DNA of 64,000 bases. Origin: Styela clava (lineage: Eukaryota). Below, one piece after another: positions 61,601 through 64,000 of the stretch (the first letter of the stretch is position 1; each line of letters begins with the position of its first letter). The notes below the pieces were generated by a model. It was given only the letters and a program-made list of their open reading frames with translations. It searched no databases and had not been told where the DNA came from. The translations under genes were made by a program, and so were the position numbers. The stretch is taken from contig NC_135254.1 in NCBI RefSeq assembly GCF_964204865.1, positions 15,252,001-15,316,000 on the forward strand, given 5' to 3'.

Positions 61601-64000
61601 ATGAGATGACGACAACGCACGGATTGAAGTGCTTAAGTAAGCTTGATAAAAAGGTGATCATGAAACATCTTGAACACGGAAAAGACAATCTTCATACGGC
61701 TTTAAACGGCTTTTTACGGCCTTTAAAAAAATTTCTCAAATTAGTTTTTCTATACCATCAAAATTTGGTCGAAATTATTAACCTTTCTTCCAGACTTTCA
61801 TTCATGTCACCAGAAATACAAAAATAACAGACTCGTTTATTTCAACAAGAGAGATTTATAAATACAAAAATGTCTACCCAATGAGAAAGAAGTATAGTAT
61901 TAGTTTGACAATGAACCACATATAAATTTCGATATTTAGGTAAGGGTAATTATAGGCCATGCACGGCGAAGACAAAAATCTGGCACACAACCATCATCAA
62001 CAAAACAAAGAAAGTAACTGAATAAACAAAAGGCCGTAATCAACAGAATGTAGCGATTATTAAGCCGAGTTTGACTTTCAATCACGATACACAGGTGCAC
62101 CCGATTAGCTTAAATAGAACATAAACATTGAACAAGAATATACAGCGTTCAAATACTCACAAAGTACAAATAAAACACACCTTATACTACGTATTATGGA
62201 AGCAGTAGATGGTTGTTTGCTAAGTGGGCACACCCAAACCATGTCTCATATAGCCTACTACAATTTCCAAAGGTATTTGATAGAGAATTGGCGAAAGTAA
62301 CCGAACGACAGGAGAAAAATGATATATATATATTTCAACACAAAATTTTAAACAATTGGTGAAAAAAAACATTAGTATTGTGGCACCACACAAGTGGATC
62401 AGAAAATAAGTTTACGCTGGTCCGAGTTACGAAAATTGAAAAATAAAATATAACAATGAAAAGAAAATACGAAAGACTCCAATTCTGTTTCGCATCAGGA
62501 TAGGACACAAGAATTTAAGGGTACATTGAAGTCAACGCGGTATGGCTATGAATCAAACAACTGCTGAAAATTGGCTTTCGAGTCACGGTCTATCAACTTT
62601 GCCGCCAATTTGGGGTCAGATGCTAAGACTTCGAGGCGACTTACGCCACCTCGAGGGACCAGCTGTCTCGTTGGTGCATATTCGTAATGCAGATAGGCAA
62701 GCATAATCGCATTTTTTTCCGATAAACATCTCACGTCAGAAAACTGGATTTGCTATTTCAAAACATTTGGTGTACGTGACAGGGAGGAAAATCGTAGATG
62801 ACGTGTTTTTTTTAATTAAATAGTAATCGGCAAGGAGTCTTGTTGGTGTAATAAGTTGTTTTCCCACGATTTCCAAAGTCTGATAAGGGTAATTTAATTT
62901 GCTATTTCAATTATAAACAATGTTTTTATTAAAAATTCTTATTTCATATCATTCGATTTGCGGATGTAACGATATTCGTCTCTGACAATGCTAAGACCAC
63001 ACACACCGAGAATTGGCGCTAGCTCATTTTCTTGCGAATGCCGTTTGTGACATTAAAATTCACAATAGTTTTCACTTTTGTGTCGGATGAGGCGTTTAGA
63101 TTACTTGTTTAATTTTTGCTAGCTTGCGTAATTCTCTGTATGTATAAATAATTAAGTACCTAGCAACATATGTCATGCGTACATTGAAAATGAAGTCATA
63201 ATGATAAACGTTTCATCATAAGAAGATATTTTTCACACTTGACACTTTCGGGAAATCCAAAGAAAGTCGAAATAAGTTCCATATATTGTGTTATACAGTA
63301 AAATTTAATATGTCTAGTCTGTAAGAAAAGCTTCGTCTGAAGTAGTGTCCCACGAGGCAAGTACCATCGACAAGATATTATTTTCTTTTTAATCTTAGTA
63401 TTGACGGAAGGGAGTCGGGTCTCAAGGGGGAAGACACAATAAAGCATCGACGCTAAGTCAGGGTGAGTGGTCGATTTTAATTAAGACGAGATATGATGAT
63501 GCTTTCGTTAGAAGTATCAACACAGGCGCGCGAATTGCGAGTTTGTTACGATTACGAAGGTCATCGATTTGTTGATACACATCCTGCATACAGTTAGTTA
63601 CCAAGCCTATACCAACAGGTCGCAGAATTATTTTTTATCCATATATTCATACCGGACTTTTGTATATATGAATTACTGACTATTCCCAAATTACAGCCTT
63701 AATAAAAGTTTATCGATCACTTTAAAGACATGTAGATATTATTCATGGATAGTGAACAGCGATTTTATGACCTTTTAAATAACGAATGGGCAGTCAGTAA
63801 CTTAGACCAATCGATTTGTTGTTTTCAAAATTCCTTTACATGCGAATCTTATGACCTAAATTATGAATTATATTCAGACAATGACGCTGTTGACGAGTAG
63901 GAAGTTTCATATTGTAGTCTACATCAACGAAATTTCTAGCTGCAGGCTATTTTATGATTCCTTTTTGTTTATTGTCGAAAACTGTTTCAGAAAAAACGAT

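Overview
AT-rich eukaryotic (invertebrate animal) genomic DNA with short GT-AG introns. The operon-like gene packing suggests a tunicate/ascidian, but that is inference only. From left to right: (1) an 8.9-kb Mutator/Foldback-like DNA element (524-9420) with 226-bp, ~98% identical terminal inverted repeats built from TTAGGG-containing tandem units, plus a decayed MULE transposase remnant; (2) a very young Ty3/Gypsy LTR retroelement of the CsRn1 type (9429-17214) with intact gag, -1 frameshifted pol and a third ORF encoding a herpes gB-like class III envelope protein, whose 5' LTR end, PBS and gag AUG appear deleted; (3) a tight same-strand RNA-processing cluster: intronless LSM7, then a 15-exon model that splices in frame from a DUS1L dihydrouridine synthase into a TRMT10B tRNA purine-9 methyltransferase (predicted 625-aa fusion, the main finding); (4) a minus-strand 3-exon coiled-coil gene (weakly CCDC190-like); (5) a minus-strand taperin/phostensin-family gene. 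Introns and intergenic DNA hold many hAT, Harbinger-like and Mutator-like MITEs and tRNA-derived SINEs. No CRISPR, rRNA or tRNA genes were seen. All homology statements come from motif recognition by eye, not from database searches.
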